Shown here one piece after another: positions 1-11,165 of a stretch of 64,000 bases of DNA. The notes beneath the pieces were generated by a model. That model worked only from the letters and a program-made list of their open reading frames with translations, made no database searches and had not been told where the DNA came from. Source of the DNA: a virus (Duplodnaviria; Heunggongvirae; Uroviricota; Caudoviricetes; Crassvirales); IMG/VR virus record IMGVR_UViG_3300017605_000245, positions 1-64,000 of that record; one strand, 5' to 3'. Both the position numbers and the translations under genes were made by a program. Position 1 is the stretch's first letter. Each line of letters starts with the position of its first letter.

Positions 1-445
1 CATCTCTAATAGTTGTAGCAGTATCAGAACCAATAACTTCACCTGTTACATAATAACCTACTATCTGTTCAAAGTTTTCAGGAGACAATTGATTCTCTAC
101 ACGAATTTCAACTTCATAGGTTCTTTGAGCAGCAACTGTTCCAGCTACAGCAAAACCATCAACTTTCATTGATTTCATTACATCTGCCGCATATGCTTTA
201 CATGTAATTTTCTCAACATAACGAGGGTTGATTTTATCCGAGAATTCGTAATTTAAGTTTTTACTTGAATCTCCTGCAGTTTTTTGCAGAAAGTAAAAAG
301 GTTTGCCTTCTGCTGGTGCGGAGCCATCTTTAGACAAAAGTTTAATTTCCTTATCACTCGCTCCAGTGATAAAAGTTGGAACTGTAGTTTCTGTCGCAAC
401 AGCATTACCTACAATAAGTTCGCCTACTTGATTCGGTCCAAACAT
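1..445 (-). CDS. Partial CDS (N-terminus in window, ATG at 445, frame open to position 2) of unknown virion-module protein
   Basis: Reverse-strand ATG at 443-445. I checked every in-frame triplet down to position 2 and found no stop. Translation begins MFGPNQVGELIVGNAVATETT... It lies downstream of the capsid genes in the same orientation. It is missing from the ORF track only because it runs off the window. Confidence 0.45.
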   Translation of the reverse strand, partial: MFGPNQVGELIVGNAVATETTVPTFITGASDKEIKLLSKDGSAPAEGKPFYFLQKTAGDSSKNLNYEFSDKINPRYVEKITCKAYAADVMKSMKVDGFAVAGTVAAQRTYEVEIRVENQLSPENFEQIVGYYVTGEVIGSDTATTIRD

Positions 446-482
446 AATTTAATTTAATTTTAGTTAATAAAAATTTTTAAGT

Positions 483-1229
483 TTATTCGTTTCTTTGATC
501 CAATTGAATCTTAGATTCTAAATTTTGAGGTTTGTAATCTCTTAGTGCAAGTTCCACCGCACGATCTAAAATCTCACGATGTATTTCTTTATTTAACTCA
601 CAGGCTGTTTCTGTAAAGATTCCGTCGATAGTTAAATCTTCATTAGGGAATAACACCTTAAGGTCTGTTAAAATAATTGGTTTAGGGTTTTTTAAATACC
701 TTAGCTTATAGGTTAAACTTCCAGTAATATTATATGGTGATAATATTTCAACAACTTTACTATTATTAAGTGTTGAATAATCAATTCGCCAAGCTATAGA
801 ACTGTCAGGTGTTTTAAATGGATTCTTAATTTGAATGTTAAACTCATCATGAGTGACAGGTTTAACATTAATCAAGGTGTTGTTAAAACAATCTGTAGAA
901 GTTATCTTAGCTTGCTCATTAATAATTAAAAATACATCTGCAGGGATATTAAAGAACCTTGCAGATGGATATATATTTAAAGAATTTGTAAACGAAGTCG
1001 AATTGTTATAGTTCTTAATTAACTCTTTTAAATCTTGTCTTCGTTTTTCAGAACTTTCAAATCCTTTCTGTTTACGATTACTTTGAGCATCATAATAATC
1101 TTTAACGATTTCCAATTGGGCTTTCGTAAGATAAACTGACTTTTCATACAGATCGATACCTGGAGCAGACTGTCCTGCAATAGAGTTATATAGAATGTCA
1201 AACTCGTGACTCATTTCTAAATTAGTCAT
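483..1229 (-). CDS. Hypothetical protein, head/neck module by position
   Basis: 248-aa ORF tightly packed after the MCP-proximal genes in the same orientation. No recognisable motif. Confidence 0.4.
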   Translation of the reverse strand: MTNLEMSHEFDILYNSIAGQSAPGIDLYEKSVYLTKAQLEIVKDYYDAQSNRKQKGFESSEKRRQDLKELIKNYNNSTSFTNSLNIYPSARFFNIPADVFLIINEQAKITSTDCFNNTLINVKPVTHDEFNIQIKNPFKTPDSSIAWRIDYSTLNNSKVVEILSPYNITGSLTYKLRYLKNPKPIILTDLKVLFPNEDLTIDGIFTETACELNKEIHREILDRAVELALRDYKPQNLESKIQLDQRNE

Positions 1230-1231
1230 AT

Positions 1232-2089
1232 TTATTTAGCTTTATTAATTTTAGCTTCAATAATTGAACGTACTTCTTGATTTCTAGGTTCATCTAAATA
1301 TTTGATAGCATTATCTAATGTAGCAATTTCTCCTGCGTTACATAAATCTAAACCGTCAGCAGTTGAATATTTATTAGATTTTCTAATAATAACTTTAGCT
1401 TCGATAGCTTCATTAACTAAAAGTCTAGTATGGAAAGAAACGTCTTTCATTACAGATACAAACCTTGCAGGTTCTTTATCTAGAATTTTAAGAATCTCTT
1501 GTTGTAACCAATCTTTAGTTGTATCTTTAGATATTAATTTATTTGATAACAATTTCAATACACCAATAAGTTGTTCTTGGTTCTCTTCAATTTTACCATA
1601 TAATTTAAATGCTTCAAATTTAACATCAAATTTCTTTTTATCTTCAAGCATTTCTTCATTATCTCTCGTAATAGCAAACTGATATGATTGATTTGAATGA
1701 CGATCTTTCCATGAAGGAGCAACATCATCTTTACAATATAACAGAATTTTATACGAGATATAATCCATAGGATTACTTAAATCAAAATTATTTGCAGTAT
1801 CTTCTTTAAATAAAGACACATAATAGTTAGTCCAGAAATCTCCATATACTGATAGATTTAAACCTGTCGCTTTTTCAAGATAAAGTTTCTCATCTTCTGT
1901 CAATACATTCTTAATTGCACCGTTTCTTTGTAGTGGTGCTGAGAATTTTTTAACTGAGTTGGTAAGCATACCACCAGAAATAACGTGGTTCTTTTCAACA
2001 TTTGCAGCCATTCCTCTATTACGAGGAATAAATTTTACAATAATTGTTTCGTTAGGTAATGTAAAACTACCTTTTAATACTTCTTCCAT
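1232..2089 (-). CDS. Hypothetical protein, head module by position (downstream of major capsid gene)
   Basis: 285-aa ORF, 3-nt gap to the next gene. Sits immediately after the putative MCP in transcription order. No motif recognised. Confidence 0.4.
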   Translation of the reverse strand: MEEVLKGSFTLPNETIIVKFIPRNRGMAANVEKNHVISGGMLTNSVKKFSAPLQRNGAIKNVLTEDEKLYLEKATGLNLSVYGDFWTNYYVSLFKEDTANNFDLSNPMDYISYKILLYCKDDVAPSWKDRHSNQSYQFAITRDNEEMLEDKKKFDVKFEAFKLYGKIEENQEQLIGVLKLLSNKLISKDTTKDWLQQEILKILDKEPARFVSVMKDVSFHTRLLVNEAIEAKVIIRKSNKYSTADGLDLCNAGEIATLDNAIKYLDEPRNQEVRSIIEAKINKAK

Positions 2090-2213
2090 TTTTCTTCTTC
2101 TCTTAATATTTTAAAAAAGGGAGTTTTTGAGGAACTCCCGATTAAAACCTTTATTTATTATTTTAAAGTGCAACTCTAAAGCAAATGAATAGAGGGACAC
2201 TATATGATTATAT

Positions 2214-3725
2214 TTAGTCTATAATCGATGGTTTCAAAGTTGCAGTTCTTCCTGCATCTTTAACCATTGCACCATAACCTTCACATAAAGCAGTCATAGT
2301 TGCAGAATCTTCCATCAACTGCATCTCACCACCTCTACGTCCAGTAAATGGATTTCTAATACCTGCGATATAACCACGAAGTTCGTCAGAACCTTGTACT
2401 TTTACTTTTTGGATATTAGGCTCTTCCATTGAACCAATGTAAAGAATATCATAACGATAAGATTCAGCTACACCACCATCAGGGTGAAGTACTTTATTTC
2501 TTACTTTATCGTCATACATTGGATCTACTTCCAACATAACGTGAATGTTGTTAGGAGCTCTCCATTCTGTGAATTGGAATCCTGCAACATAAGCGTTAGC
2601 GTGGAATTTAGAAGTTGTTTTGTTGATTGAGTTAGTACCAGTGTTATCAAATGGTAAATTCATCCAACCTGAAGCTTCTGCTGTTACAGCTCTATGGAAC
2701 TGAGCAGCTCCTCTTTCACCTGTACGTAACATGAATTTTCTTTCAGCCCAATCAAGTTTACCTTCACATAATTCAGAAAGTAAATCTTCTAATAGACGAA
2801 TAGAGAATCTGTTATAAGTAACCGTGTTAGAAACTTCCATTTGCTCACGGATTCCAGAACCAGCTTTAATTTCAATATTAGCATTACCTTTATTCAAATA
2901 TCTACCATTTTCATCACGGTTGGTTTTACCAAACATAACGGTTTTAGATTTAATTCTAGATAAAGCTTTTTCAAACTGCCAATATACTTCCTGCATCCAA
3001 GTTGCAGATTTGTGTACTTTTCCTGTGTTAGGGTCACGAGTTTCAATCCCTGCAAAATAAACAGGTTCAACTTTACAATCAATCATCTTACCAGAAACTT
3101 TATGCTCCATACGAATAGACGTAAGAGAGTTTCTCATTAAGTAAGGAGATGTAAATTGAATACCCGCACCTTGAATAGACAACTCGTCCTCAACAGGAGC
3201 ACCCTCAATTGAGAACTTCATTCCTGCTAATAGCTCATCACCTGGAATACCTGCTAATGATTCTTGACCACCCCATGCTTCACAAGTGTAAACATAATTT
3301 TGTCCTTCTTCATATGGCTCTTCAAGAATTCTCATTTGATAAACGTCTGGTCTATGACCAACAATCAAATGCATTTTAGTAAACCATTTTTCAGGGAATA
3401 CTAATTCGAAGGTTGCACGAGCGGCACCAACGCCAGTTGTAGCACCAGTAACAACAGCACCATTATAACGAGCTTCCACAAGTGGAATATTTCTATCATC
3501 ACTTCCAACTACTTTCCATACGAAATCATCCGATGTAGGTAATACTTTTTCAGGAAATAAAGATAATGTTGTATCCAGGTTTTTCATACCTGAATTTTGT
3601 AAAAGCACAGTAGTTAGTGGAGTGATAAGCTGAGGCTTACTTCCAAATATAGCACCAATGTGGTTTTTTAAGGTTAATCCTGACCAGGCTTTACCTTTAG
3701 TCATGACAAATTTTCCGATACTCAT
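2214..3725 (-). CDS. Putative major capsid protein (~55 kDa)
   Basis: 503-aa ORF directly downstream of an acidic scaffold-like gene and the portal/terminase genes (canonical TerL-portal-scaffold-MCP order). Size and Gly/Thr-rich composition fit large HK97/T4-type capsid proteins. No direct sequence match could be run. Confidence 0.5.
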   Translation of the reverse strand: MSIGKFVMTKGKAWSGLTLKNHIGAIFGSKPQLITPLTTVLLQNSGMKNLDTTLSLFPEKVLPTSDDFVWKVVGSDDRNIPLVEARYNGAVVTGATTGVGAARATFELVFPEKWFTKMHLIVGHRPDVYQMRILEEPYEEGQNYVYTCEAWGGQESLAGIPGDELLAGMKFSIEGAPVEDELSIQGAGIQFTSPYLMRNSLTSIRMEHKVSGKMIDCKVEPVYFAGIETRDPNTGKVHKSATWMQEVYWQFEKALSRIKSKTVMFGKTNRDENGRYLNKGNANIEIKAGSGIREQMEVSNTVTYNRFSIRLLEDLLSELCEGKLDWAERKFMLRTGERGAAQFHRAVTAEASGWMNLPFDNTGTNSINKTTSKFHANAYVAGFQFTEWRAPNNIHVMLEVDPMYDDKVRNKVLHPDGGVAESYRYDILYIGSMEEPNIQKVKVQGSDELRGYIAGIRNPFTGRRGGEMQLMEDSATMTALCEGYGAMVKDAGRTATLKPSIID

Positions 3726-3753
3726 AGTTAATAATTATTTAAATTTAATTGTA

Positions 3754-4836
3754 TTATAGGTTTAGTTCGTCACCAATTCCAATGTCATAACTATTCTTGT
3801 CAGACATCCAGGCAGGTGTACCTGAATCTTTGTAAGCGCCTTTCTTAACAATTGCTTCTAAATCATTAATTGCTTTAGATTTTGCAGAAGTTGCTACTTT
3901 ATTATAATCTTTAAAACCGTTAGTAAGTTCATAGAAGTAATACATTCGAGCTTCAAAGTCAATTGGATTCTCACGTCTTTCTTTCATAAACTTATTTTCA
4001 AAACTTCCATCAACAGGTGATTTACCTACAATCTCGTTTATAGATTTATAAACTTTATCTTGAATTGCTTTTGTTGGGGTATAACCGTTAATTAAATCTT
4101 TACGATCAAAAATTGTTTCTTTAAGAATCTTCTCACTTTTCTCATTAGCCTCTTTTTCAAGTCTTACGTTTTCTTCATAAGCATCTTTCTGCTCTTGAAT
4201 TTTTCGAGAATTAAATTCTTTTAATGAACTAGTGGATTCAAGTGCGTCTTCAATAATCGCATCTTCACCTAAATCTACTAATCTACTTAATAATCTACCA
4301 GCTTTCTTTTCATCTAATCCTTGATTTAAATAATCTTGATAGATAATCTGTTTAGCAGTTTCAATATTTGTTTTTAAATATTCCTCATCTATATTTTCTA
4401 GATCTTTAATCTCTGCCTGACTACGAGCAATTGCTTCAATATCTAATTTAGATAAATAATCTTCAGCTAAAATTCTAGATTGAGTTGTAACTTCATTCTT
4501 TAGAGCATCTGCAAATTCTTCTGCAGTTTTAATCTCTGTCTTTTCAATGTCCAGTGAAGGTAGCAACCCTTGTTCATGAATAAAAGTAGCTAGAGAAGAA
4601 TATATGTTGGAAGAAGAATCGCCACTCTCATCATCTTCGTCACTACCTTCATCTTGGTCATCTTCACTATCTACTTCCTCTGGATCTTCATCCTCGACAG
4701 CACTATTTGGTTTTTGTGGTTCTTGACCACCATTATTTTCATTGTCTTCGTTCGACTCTTCGTCTTGAGGAAAATCATCAAAATTAAACTCAAAATTATC
4801 GTCAAACAAATTCATTCCTAAATCTTCTTCTTCCAT
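3754..4836 (-). CDS. Putative scaffolding protein
   Basis: 360 aa with an extremely acidic N-terminal ~90 residues (EEEDL...DEDPEEVDSEDDQDEGSDEDDESGD). The remainder is predicted helical/coiled-coil and K/E-rich. Located between portal and MCP genes. Confidence 0.5.
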   Translation of the reverse strand: MEEEDLGMNLFDDNFEFNFDDFPQDEESNEDNENNGGQEPQKPNSAVEDEDPEEVDSEDDQDEGSDEDDESGDSSSNIYSSLATFIHEQGLLPSLDIEKTEIKTAEEFADALKNEVTTQSRILAEDYLSKLDIEAIARSQAEIKDLENIDEEYLKTNIETAKQIIYQDYLNQGLDEKKAGRLLSRLVDLGEDAIIEDALESTSSLKEFNSRKIQEQKDAYEENVRLEKEANEKSEKILKETIFDRKDLINGYTPTKAIQDKVYKSINEIVGKSPVDGSFENKFMKERRENPIDFEARMYYFYELTNGFKDYNKVATSAKSKAINDLEAIVKKGAYKDSGTPAWMSDKNSYDIGIGDELNL

Positions 4837-4946
4837 CGTTGATTTATATTAAATTTATTTAAAGTTGCAAATATAATGTATTTTATGAAAAATTCCAAAT
4901 AATTAGATTGTTATATATAACTATTTGGAAAATTTCAATAGCCTTT

Positions 4947-7343
4947 TTACACGCTTTTCTTTTTAATTCTAGCAATACTCTGGTCTACTTTCTTCGCATC
5001 CATAGTATCTTTATGTTTCTGCATATCATCGTTCAGACTTTTCATCTTTAAAAGATAATCATTCTTACTCTTCTCAACGTCTAGATTAAATTTATCTCTA
5101 TCTAGAGGAGATTCAATACCGTCATCTATAGTTTCTACTTCGGAACCTTTCATTTGCATTTCAAGTTCTTTAATATAAACTTTAGTTTCATTATCACGTT
5201 GATTCATGATATCTTGAAGATTAAGTTTATCTTTTTCTTGTTGAGCTTGTTGTTGCATTTGTTGTTCTTGAACTTTAGCTTGTTGTTGAGATTGTTCTGA
5301 ATTACGCTGATGCATCTCTTCTTCTGCAGTTTCAAGTTTTCTACGCATATCCATAAGTGAAGGACTAAAATAAATATCCATAATAGTCGACATAGATCCA
5401 CCATTCTGAATGAAAGCTTGAGCATATTGCTTAATAGCTTGTTCAAGTTCCATAGTCTTAGGTGTATTCGTAATAAGAATACCATAATCAGATTCTGCAA
5501 ATTCTTCGCCTTCTAAATTTAAAAGTTGAATAGTTTGATCGTCTAAAATATACTGTACTTTCTTATTCTCTTTACCTCTTAATGCAACTTTAGCTGTTTC
5601 TAAGAACGCTTCTAATACTCTAAGTTTACATGATTCATGTAACATAAACCAATATTCCGTAATATGTGAAGATTGATTTACTGCGCGTTCTACACCACCT
5701 AGTGTTTCACGATTTGAAATCTGACCTTCTCTTTGTTGAGATACTCCACAAAGCTCACCCATTTCCATTTTAATGAATTCAAGTAGTTGTATGTGTTGTT
5801 GAATATAACTACCCGTTTCCATATCAATAGAACGTCCACCAACAGTGTTCATAGAACCTGCTAATTTACCTGTGGATGCTCCATGATTACCTTCTTTAAA
5901 AGAATCTGTTACTGCGATCTTATTGACTACTGCAAAGTGTAACCATTTCTCTACTTCCCAATTAGCAGGAATCTTAGCTAAATCTAGTTCTAAGATTTTA
6001 CCGTAGTTTGTAGAGATTGCTTTATTTAATCTGTCATAAAGAGCATCGTACATATATTGATGATTCTTTGCTCTATCAACTAGTGATACCGCACGACCTT
6101 GATTTGTATTATAGATTTGTCCAATAATACCTAAATGTCCTTTAGAAGGATTATTAGACTTAGTATATTGAACTGGTAAAGGACGCATTTTAAGATAGAT
6201 ATCTTTACCTAATTTAACTCCTTCCCAACCTTCAGTAATCCAAAAGTCAGTTGTCTCTTCACCCATATTCTTATCTGCAATATATTCTTCAGATTCAAAT
6301 CTATATTGAACTTCACCATACTCATCATAGAACTTAACTTTTTTAACTCTACGTAAAGATTTCCATCTTACTTTAAGTTCTCTAAGGTTTCCATTTTCAT
6401 CTGTAAAATTAGAACCAAAGTGATGTCCATTTAATTCTGCAATATTGAATATAGAATCAACCATACCTGCATTAGTAGTTGAATCCCTAAATAAAGTATG
6501 ATTATCATTATCTTCAGAATAAGAACCATTACTACTTGTTGTAGTATATTCCATTAGATAATCAATATCTTCAGGTTTTAATTCATCAAAGTATTCATCT
6601 ACTAATTGATTTGCAGATTTATAATCTTCCATTATAATAATAGAAGCATCTTCAAATCTATCAGAATTACCACTTCTAATGGCATGTACTTTTAAAGGAT
6701 TAAGTTTAGTTAAACGTGGTTCATCAAATAATATATCTACAAGATATATTTCTTCAGCCATAATTAAGGCATCTTTGAATCCTTTACTAAATTTTTGTGC
6801 AAATTCTCCTTCTTGAAAATAATATTTTAGAATTTGATTTGCCATTTTCTCACGAAGGTCTTGATAACTATATTTCATATATTTATCTAGTTCCTTCAAT
6901 TTACCTTGTAATTCTTCATCTGAATAATTAGCTTGAAAGAATTGAGCAAGTTGTTCAGTTAAATATTTCTTTTTATCTTCTTCCTTTTTTGTAATTGCGT
7001 CAGAATCGGTAACTACAACAGACCAATCAAATCTTCTCTTTATCTCCTCACCTACAAGTAAATCTACTTTAGGTACAATAATAGGATAATGTGGGATATT
7101 ATCAGGAATATAAGAAGCATCGATCTGATTAGGATTAACTGTATTAGTTAAATCTCGAATATCTACAATACCATTATAAAGATTTAAATTAATAATCTTA
7201 TTTTGTAATGTTTGACGAACTTCTTCATTATGATAAAAAGAGTGTGTATCAGCATAATCCAAATTATCTTTACGCCATTCCTTATTTTTCTTTGAAAAAG
7301 GAAGACGTTGTCTAGGAAGTTGCACATTATTAATTCTACTCAT
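4947..7343 (-). CDS. Putative portal protein
   Basis: 798-aa ORF immediately downstream of the terminase large subunit and upstream of scaffold/MCP. Q-rich coiled-coil C-terminal tail. The assignment is positional. Confidence 0.5.
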   Translation of the reverse strand: MSRINNVQLPRQRLPFSKKNKEWRKDNLDYADTHSFYHNEEVRQTLQNKIINLNLYNGIVDIRDLTNTVNPNQIDASYIPDNIPHYPIIVPKVDLLVGEEIKRRFDWSVVVTDSDAITKKEEDKKKYLTEQLAQFFQANYSDEELQGKLKELDKYMKYSYQDLREKMANQILKYYFQEGEFAQKFSKGFKDALIMAEEIYLVDILFDEPRLTKLNPLKVHAIRSGNSDRFEDASIIIMEDYKSANQLVDEYFDELKPEDIDYLMEYTTTSSNGSYSEDNDNHTLFRDSTTNAGMVDSIFNIAELNGHHFGSNFTDENGNLRELKVRWKSLRRVKKVKFYDEYGEVQYRFESEEYIADKNMGEETTDFWITEGWEGVKLGKDIYLKMRPLPVQYTKSNNPSKGHLGIIGQIYNTNQGRAVSLVDRAKNHQYMYDALYDRLNKAISTNYGKILELDLAKIPANWEVEKWLHFAVVNKIAVTDSFKEGNHGASTGKLAGSMNTVGGRSIDMETGSYIQQHIQLLEFIKMEMGELCGVSQQREGQISNRETLGGVERAVNQSSHITEYWFMLHESCKLRVLEAFLETAKVALRGKENKKVQYILDDQTIQLLNLEGEEFAESDYGILITNTPKTMELEQAIKQYAQAFIQNGGSMSTIMDIYFSPSLMDMRRKLETAEEEMHQRNSEQSQQQAKVQEQQMQQQAQQEKDKLNLQDIMNQRDNETKVYIKELEMQMKGSEVETIDDGIESPLDRDKFNLDVEKSKNDYLLKMKSLNDDMQKHKDTMDAKKVDQSIARIKKKSV

Positions 7344-7414
7344 AATTTATATGTTTGTAAGATGTGTTATTAAACTCCACAATATACGAAATTTATTTTA
7401 ATATTCAAAGTATT

Positions 7415-9676
7415 TTAATCAGTATTAAAGAATATATCTTTGTTTCCAATAGCCGTTTGCTTCTTATAGTTTTTAGTAAAGAAGTTGTCGTTCGATATAT
7501 GTTTATAATTAGTATCTTGATTCGCCTTAGCCGTTTGGGTTCTCTTGTAACGTTCTTCACGTAAGATCATTAACATACCCATTGCAGATACACGGTCAAA
7601 GTTACCATCACTATTCCACTTAATACACTCCTCAAGATAAGCGATACTTCTAATAGTATGTAGGTTTAATTTATCATCCTCATCATCTCCACTAGATGCT
7701 TTAGATAACATCCAGTCAGCTTGAAGTTTTCTACCCCACTTATTAAGTTCTGCATTAGCGTGTGTACCTTTAGCATTATTACCATAAGCAGCTAACGCTT
7801 TAGTAAGACCCATGTCTTTTACAATCTGAGGTGTATCACATAATCTATGTGTAGCATTCTGTTTATCAAAGTAACTAAATAGACCTTTTAAGTTTTTCTC
7901 ATAGTTAGCTTCTCCATTATAAAACTCAATTGTACGTAATGCAATTTCATAAGCTTCTTCTGCTAATCTTGGACGAGCAGAGTATTCACATACAATTCTA
8001 TCTGTAAATGTATCTAGTCCTTGAATACTAAATAATGATGTACCTGTATCAGCATCAACAGGGTCAATACCAAAGATATATCTACCTCTAGGTATTTCAC
8101 CATTAGCATTACGTTTAGGCATTTCAAATATTTCTAAACATCCTGTCTTATTAGAATCTTTATCATAACTTCTAATAGGATATAAATCGTCATTAGGTTT
8201 CCATTCAATACCTTGTGCAGTACGAACTAATTCTCCTACATAATGTTCGGCTAAGAACTTCTCACGTTGAGGTGCAATACTTTCTAGATATTCCTTTAAA
8301 TCAGATACAGGAAATAAAGTACCTTCAGTACGCATAACTGCTTCCTGTGGAGTAATAGGCAACTCAGCTTTCTTCTGCGTAATTGCATTTGGATCTTGAG
8401 AGTTATATTTAACTACATATCTCTCAGATAGAATTTCTATTAATGATTTAATTACATCAGGTTCTCCGTTTATAGGATCATAACAAGCATTACGATTTAA
8501 ATAGGCTCCCCAGAAATGACCACAAGTCGTATCTCCTGTTGTACCTTTATCAAATACATTTGGAATACCGTAAATGTTATATGCAGAACAATTGTAAAAT
8601 AATTTCTCAGATCCTTCAAAAGATCCTCCTTCAACTCCACCTGTACCTGCAGCAAGCATTAAACCTACAGCAATTCCACCATCTTCAAAACCTGGTCTAT
8701 TTACGTTCCAGGCTTTCTCTAGATTATCAAAGATTCCGTCTTCCTCATAATGACAGAAGACTCCCCTCGCACCCCTCGCTTTATCAGGATTATCCTTTAA
8801 TGATATTGCGTGTACAGAAGACATTAGTCCTTTACGTACACCATACTCATCAGTAAATCCTAACTGTACAACCATCTCACGCTTACCATCAATTAATCTG
8901 GTTTTAGCTAACGGAGTAGTTTCTGCAATATGATCTAGTACCTCTAATATTTTACCAAACAAACCTTTATCTCCTTGAAGATAAGATTTCTCATTTGCTA
9001 AGTGAAAATTAACGTTACCTGCTCCTGGATATACAAACATGTTTCTAGGAGACATTGCAGCGTTCTTAAATGACATACCTACACCCCTTGACTTTAAGTT
9101 CTTAGCATGTTTACCATTACATCTACATTGGTCTAAGTAATGGAAGAATAGATAATCACCTAACCATGGTTTAGGGAATCGTTTAACACGGTCTCCAGAC
9201 TTAGCACCTTCTTTAGTTTGTACTAACCAGATTGGACTATAGTTCCAATAGAAATATAAATATCCAGGTATCCATTCACCATCTGATTCACGAATCATTC
9301 CGTACTTCCACTTATGTAATTCATCTTTCCAGAATTGAGCAAAAGCAGATTTAGGATTAGGATTAACAGTTAAGTTAGTATATCTACCATGTTTCTCATA
9401 AAACATTGCTCGTTCTCTAAAGAAATCCATATCCTCAAGAATATGAGGATTTGTTATATCGACATCAATTCTACCATCATTGTAGAATTCGTTTTCCTTA
9501 GGTCTATCTTTAGCAAATCCTCGTATGTCTTCGGGTTGAATTAATCGTTTAATAAACTCAACATGTGTTATATAATCAAGTAGGTCTAACCATACTTCTT
9601 TTGGTAGCGAATCTTTTAATTCTTGTGTAAATGGTGTTTGGAATTTATTGAATTTATAATATTCTAATTCTTCCAT
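7415..9676 (-). CDS. terL: Terminase large subunit
   Basis: 753 aa. The C-terminal region has the RNaseH-like nuclease signature IFGIDPVDADTGTSLFSIQG (G-x-D-P ... S pattern of terminase nuclease domains). An upstream hydrophobic stretch ending in DE (MVVQLGFTDE) looks Walker-B-like. Sits at the head of the portal/scaffold/MCP operon. Confidence 0.7.
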   Translation of the reverse strand: MEELEYYKFNKFQTPFTQELKDSLPKEVWLDLLDYITHVEFIKRLIQPEDIRGFAKDRPKENEFYNDGRIDVDITNPHILEDMDFFRERAMFYEKHGRYTNLTVNPNPKSAFAQFWKDELHKWKYGMIRESDGEWIPGYLYFYWNYSPIWLVQTKEGAKSGDRVKRFPKPWLGDYLFFHYLDQCRCNGKHAKNLKSRGVGMSFKNAAMSPRNMFVYPGAGNVNFHLANEKSYLQGDKGLFGKILEVLDHIAETTPLAKTRLIDGKREMVVQLGFTDEYGVRKGLMSSVHAISLKDNPDKARGARGVFCHYEEDGIFDNLEKAWNVNRPGFEDGGIAVGLMLAAGTGGVEGGSFEGSEKLFYNCSAYNIYGIPNVFDKGTTGDTTCGHFWGAYLNRNACYDPINGEPDVIKSLIEILSERYVVKYNSQDPNAITQKKAELPITPQEAVMRTEGTLFPVSDLKEYLESIAPQREKFLAEHYVGELVRTAQGIEWKPNDDLYPIRSYDKDSNKTGCLEIFEMPKRNANGEIPRGRYIFGIDPVDADTGTSLFSIQGLDTFTDRIVCEYSARPRLAEEAYEIALRTIEFYNGEANYEKNLKGLFSYFDKQNATHRLCDTPQIVKDMGLTKALAAYGNNAKGTHANAELNKWGRKLQADWMLSKASSGDDEDDKLNLHTIRSIAYLEECIKWNSDGNFDRVSAMGMLMILREERYKRTQTAKANQDTNYKHISNDNFFTKNYKKQTAIGNKDIFFNTD

Positions 9677-11163
9677 TCTGACTGGTGGATTACGATTACA
9701 TTTGTTGATAAAATAATTTTAGCTACAGATACTGCATTTTCTAATGCACATCTAGTAACTTTAAGTGGGTCTACGATATTATCATTGAACATGTTTCTAC
9801 TTAAATCAAAAGTATATATTTCAACACCATCTTCTATCACTAGATTATTTTCTTTAAAAATAGTACAATATGGTTTCTGTAAACTATCTAAAATTGTTTC
9901 TTCAATTGCAGTAGAACTAACGGTCCTAAATGGGATAGTAGCTTTAATTAAAGCGTAACCTCCACCTTCAACAATACCTTCTTCTAATGCACATTGTGTA
10001 GCTTTGATAGCATCATCGTATCTATCAAATCTTTCTTTCATTTCTAATTCAGATTTACCACCAACTTTAATGATTGCTATTTTACCTGTTAGGTTTTCAA
10101 TACGTTGTTGTAGTAATTCTTTATCATATTCTTCTAGTTCAGGAGAAGTAAGTAACTCTTTAAAATTCTCTATAATCTCATCTACATTAACATCAGGATG
10201 ACGTAATAATACAGACACTGATTTAGAGACCTTACAAGACTTTAATTTACCTGTGACAGATAAAGTATAGTTTTTAGATAGATCGTTGATTACAGTGGAT
10301 CCTGTGAAGTCAGAGATATCTCTTAATAAGTCTTTACGATGTGTAGAAAATCCTGGTGATTTAATTACTGCTAATTTAATAGCTCCTGACAGTACGTTTG
10401 TTTCTAATAAACGTAACACATTTTCATGCACATGTTCTGTAATAATAAGAAGTGATTCATTATTCTCAGCACATGATTTAAAGATATATTCAAATGATTT
10501 TAGATTGTCTAGTTTTCCATCTAATATTAGAACTCTAGGATCTTCTAGTTCACATTCACCTTTTTTAGGATTAGTAATAAAATGTTTGGAAATATAAGAA
10601 GTCTGTAGTGACATTCCGTCAATTAATTCCAACTTATCTTCTAGATTATTACTCTCTTCAACTTTAACTATATCAGCAAAATCAAAAGCCTGTTGAATAG
10701 TATTCCCAATTTGTACATCGTTATTAGCAGATATACTAGCAACGTGTTTAATGTCTTCACGTTTTAATGACTTAGAGTTATTTTTAAGTTCTAATAAAAC
10801 CTTTGGTATAATCTCGTCAAAAGCTTTATTAATATCGTTTGATGGAAAGTCTTTTAAATTTTCAATAAAGGCTGTTGCCAATACTGTAGCGGTGGTAGTT
10901 CCATCACCTGCTTCCTCTACTGTTTTCTCTGCAGCTTGTTTTACAAGTTCAGCACCAATGTTCTCAACTACATCTTCGAAGTGAATAGTTTTAGCAACAG
11001 ATACACCATCTTTAGTGATAATGTATTTACCAAACTCTTTATCACTAGGAATAATAACTGTTGAACCATTAGGTCCCATCGTGCTTCCGACAGCTTTACC
11101 TAGAGTAGATATACCTCGGTATAATCTTTCTCTAGCTTCTTTATCAAATACTATTTCTTTCAT
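9664..11163 (-). CDS. groEL: GroEL-like group I chaperonin (Cpn60), phage-encoded, lacks C-terminal GGM tail
   Basis: The N-terminus aligns with GroEL along its length: KEIVFDKEAR...TLGPNG...ITKDGVSVAK, then the invariant nucleotide-binding motif EEAGDGTTTATVLA, and a C-terminal VEGGGYAL that matches GroEL (I)VAGGGVAL. 499 aa versus ~548 for bacterial GroEL. Confidence 0.85.
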   Translation of the reverse strand: MKEIVFDKEARERLYRGISTLGKAVGSTMGPNGSTVIIPSDKEFGKYIITKDGVSVAKTIHFEDVVENIGAELVKQAAEKTVEEAGDGTTTATVLATAFIENLKDFPSNDINKAFDEIIPKVLLELKNNSKSLKREDIKHVASISANNDVQIGNTIQQAFDFADIVKVEESNNLEDKLELIDGMSLQTSYISKHFITNPKKGECELEDPRVLILDGKLDNLKSFEYIFKSCAENNESLLIITEHVHENVLRLLETNVLSGAIKLAVIKSPGFSTHRKDLLRDISDFTGSTVINDLSKNYTLSVTGKLKSCKVSKSVSVLLRHPDVNVDEIIENFKELLTSPELEEYDKELLQQRIENLTGKIAIIKVGGKSELEMKERFDRYDDAIKATQCALEEGIVEGGGYALIKATIPFRTVSSTAIEETILDSLQKPYCTIFKENNLVIEDGVEIYTFDLSRNMFNDNIVDPLKVTRCALENAVSVAKIILSTNVIVIHQSEWKN

Positions 11164-11165
11164 CT

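Noticed and set aside
1302-1682. Antisense ORFs nested inside larger genes (e.g. 1302-1682, 2824-3060, 5204-5500, 8539-8856, 10004-10984, 13239-13451, 35307-35597, 36921-37253, 46361-47104, 47344-47598, 61734-63608)
   Set aside because: All lie entirely within longer, motif-supported ORFs on the opposite strand. Their translations are Ser/Leu/Ile-rich low-complexity sequence, typical of antisense readthrough in AT-rich DNA.
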